This document shows, one piece after another, positions 62,140 to 64,000 of a stretch of DNA of 64,000 bases. Both the position numbers and the translations under genes were made by a program. Position 1 is the stretch's first letter. Each line of letters opens with the position of its first letter. The notes beneath the pieces were generated by a model. The model was not told the origin of the DNA. It searched no databases and saw only the letters and a list, made by a program, of their open reading frames with translations. The stretch covers positions 1 to 64,000 of the forward strand of contig QPMI01000072.1 in assembly GCA_004431415.1 (NCBI GenBank), written 5' to 3'. This DNA is from Cyanophora paradoxa CCMP329 (lineage: Eukaryota; Plantae; Glaucophyta).

Positions 62140-64000
62140 TCACCCCCCGCCCCCGCCCCTGCCCCTGCCCCGCACGGCCGCCATCGCTGCTGCGATCCGC
62201 CGCTCGGCCGACGTCGACCGCTGCGGCGACCGCTGCGGCGAGCGGCCGGCGCCGCCGCCCCTTCTGCCCTCGCGCTCGGCGCCGGGGCCGGAGCCTCGCC
62301 CCACAGCTGTGCTTGCTCGGGGCGGGGCTGTGGCGCGGCGCCCGGCGGCGCCGGCGGCGGCGGCGGCGCCGCCGCTTATGCTAGCGCCAGCCGCGGGGGC
62401 GCCCCCGGCGAGCGTAACCGCCCTCCCGCGCCCCGCGGCGCCGGGTGCGATGCGAGCAGCGCCGGCGGCGGCCCCCGCCCTGGGCTGTAGCCCGGCGCGC
62501 GCCAGCCGGCGCCGCACCTGAAGAGGAGGAGGGGTCATGATCAAGAAGAGGGGGGGAGGTAGGGGTAGGGGGGGGGTACCGCGAAGCCTCGCCAGTGGGC
62601 CTGGATGCGGACCGCGGCGCGCGAGAGCCGCACCACCTCGTCGACCCCTGTACCCCACCCGCGCCGCCCCGAGTCAGAGGAAAAGAAAGAAAGGGGCCGA
62701 GCACTAGTGCCGCCGAGTCATCAGAGGGGAAGAAAGCTCAAGATCGAGGGCCGCTAGCTGACGCTGGTGCAGCTAGCAAGAAAGAAAGGGCTGGTGCGCT
62801 TTTGTGAGGCTGGAAGGAAGGGCCGCTAGCTATAAATAGCTAGCTATAAAAGGGTCCCCTCTAGCGAGAGGCTCTAGTACAGTCAGAGGGAAACAAAGAA
62901 GGGGTCCAGTACTAGGGCCGCCGAAGAAGAAGAAGAAGGGTCCAGGGCCGCCAGCTATATATAGCTCACGCCGGTGGAGCTAGCAAAAAAGAAAGGGACG
63001 GTGCGCGTTTGTGAGGCTGGACGAAAGGGCCGCTATCTATAAATAGCTCACGCCGGTGCATGGCGGGGTCCTGCAGTGCCCCCTAGGTGGGCGGCCTGTA
63101 CCCCTGTATATATAGCTCTAGGCGCTAGCTATATATAGCTCACGCCTGTACCCCTGTACCCCTGTACCCCACCCGAAAGGGCCGCTAGCCAAGTATAGCT
63201 CACGCCGGTGCATGGCCGGATCCTGAAGCGACGAGATGACGCTCTGCAGCAGCGGCATCGCCCCCTGCAGCGCCCCCGCCTGAAGGGGGTACGGGTACCG
63301 AATTAGAATAAGGGAGGGGGGGGAAGAGGAGGGGGTACGGGTACGCGGCACCCGGCGGCGGCGCTCCTCGTCGTCGGCGGCCTCCCATTCATCGTCCTCC
63401 GCCGAGCGGGAGGGGGCCCGCCCAAGCGGGGCCGGCCGCTGCGCCGCGGCGGCGGCGGGGGCCCGCCTGCGCGAGGGCGCGTAAATAAGGTCCAGACGGA
63501 GGGGAGGGGAGGGAGGGCGGGCAGGCTGGCTCGTGTCTAAACGGAGGCTCTGGGCAAGGTCTCAATATAAGGTCTAGTACTAAGGTCTAGGCTAGGTCCT
63601 AATTATAAGGTCTAGGCCGGTGGGGCTAGGTCCTTGGGTCTGGGCGGTCCAAAAGGATGGTCCACGGTCTAGGAAGAGGGGAAGGGGGGGGATGGGGGGG
63701 AAGGGGGGGTAGGGAGGGAGGGGTAGGGAGGGAGGCCTCCGAGCGGTCCAGAAGGACTGGGCGAGCCTCGGCGGATGGTCCACGGTCTAGGAAGGGGGGG
63801 GGGGGGAAGGGGGGGGGTAGGAAGGGAAGGTGTAGGGAGGGAGGGGTAGGGAAGGAGGTCTCCGAGCGAGGATGGAGAGAGAGGGGGGGTACGCACGGCG
63901 GCACGGGGATGGCGGAGGGCTCGGGGGGTACGTCGATCGGGGACGCCGAGGCGCGCGGCGGCTGCGGCTCGGGGACGGGCGCCTGCGCGGGGGAGGTACG
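62140..64000 (-). CDS. 3' part of an IQ-motif (calmodulin-binding) protein with low-complexity C-terminus
   Basis: Spliced reading ...SSLQDPAMHR|RVDEVVRLSRAAVRIQAHWRGFA|VRRRLARAG...* with consistent intron phases; IQxxxRGxxxR consensus matched across the intron at ~62520-62580. Confidence 0.72.

Noticed and set aside
1-64000. tRNA or rRNA genes; species assignment
   Set aside because: No RNA gene recognised by eye. Intron style suggests a GC-rich alga or protist, but the organism cannot be determined from this sequence alone.

Overview
Eukaryotic, GC-rich, intron-containing DNA from an unidentified microbial eukaryote. The window has two compartments. (1) 1-~34 kb: a minus-strand, spliced Helitron2/Helentron-type RepHel gene with two N-terminal C2H2 fingers, Rep motifs including EVQSRGSLHAHLVIWL, and a PIF1 helicase (GPGGTGKS) running off the left edge. 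It is followed by about 28 kb of mostly co-oriented orphan genes: three F-box genes, a Cys/His-rich gene and several unknown helical proteins, separated by GC-rich tandem duplications and minisatellites. This is a candidate giant cargo-carrying Helitron, but its termini are not identified. (2) ~34-64 kb: host-type genes. These are an 18-kb soluble-adenylyl-cyclase-like + STAND NTPase gene with degenerate cyclase motifs, several GC-AG introns and introns that re-copy their own splice junctions; a type-I membrane protein with fibronectin-III-like segments; two TA-flanked MITEs; and the 3' part of an IQ-motif gene. Many 1-bp frameshifts in the left compartment could be decay or long-read consensus errors. 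All calls come from manual motif reading, with no database searches, and boundaries of orphan genes and repeats are approximate.
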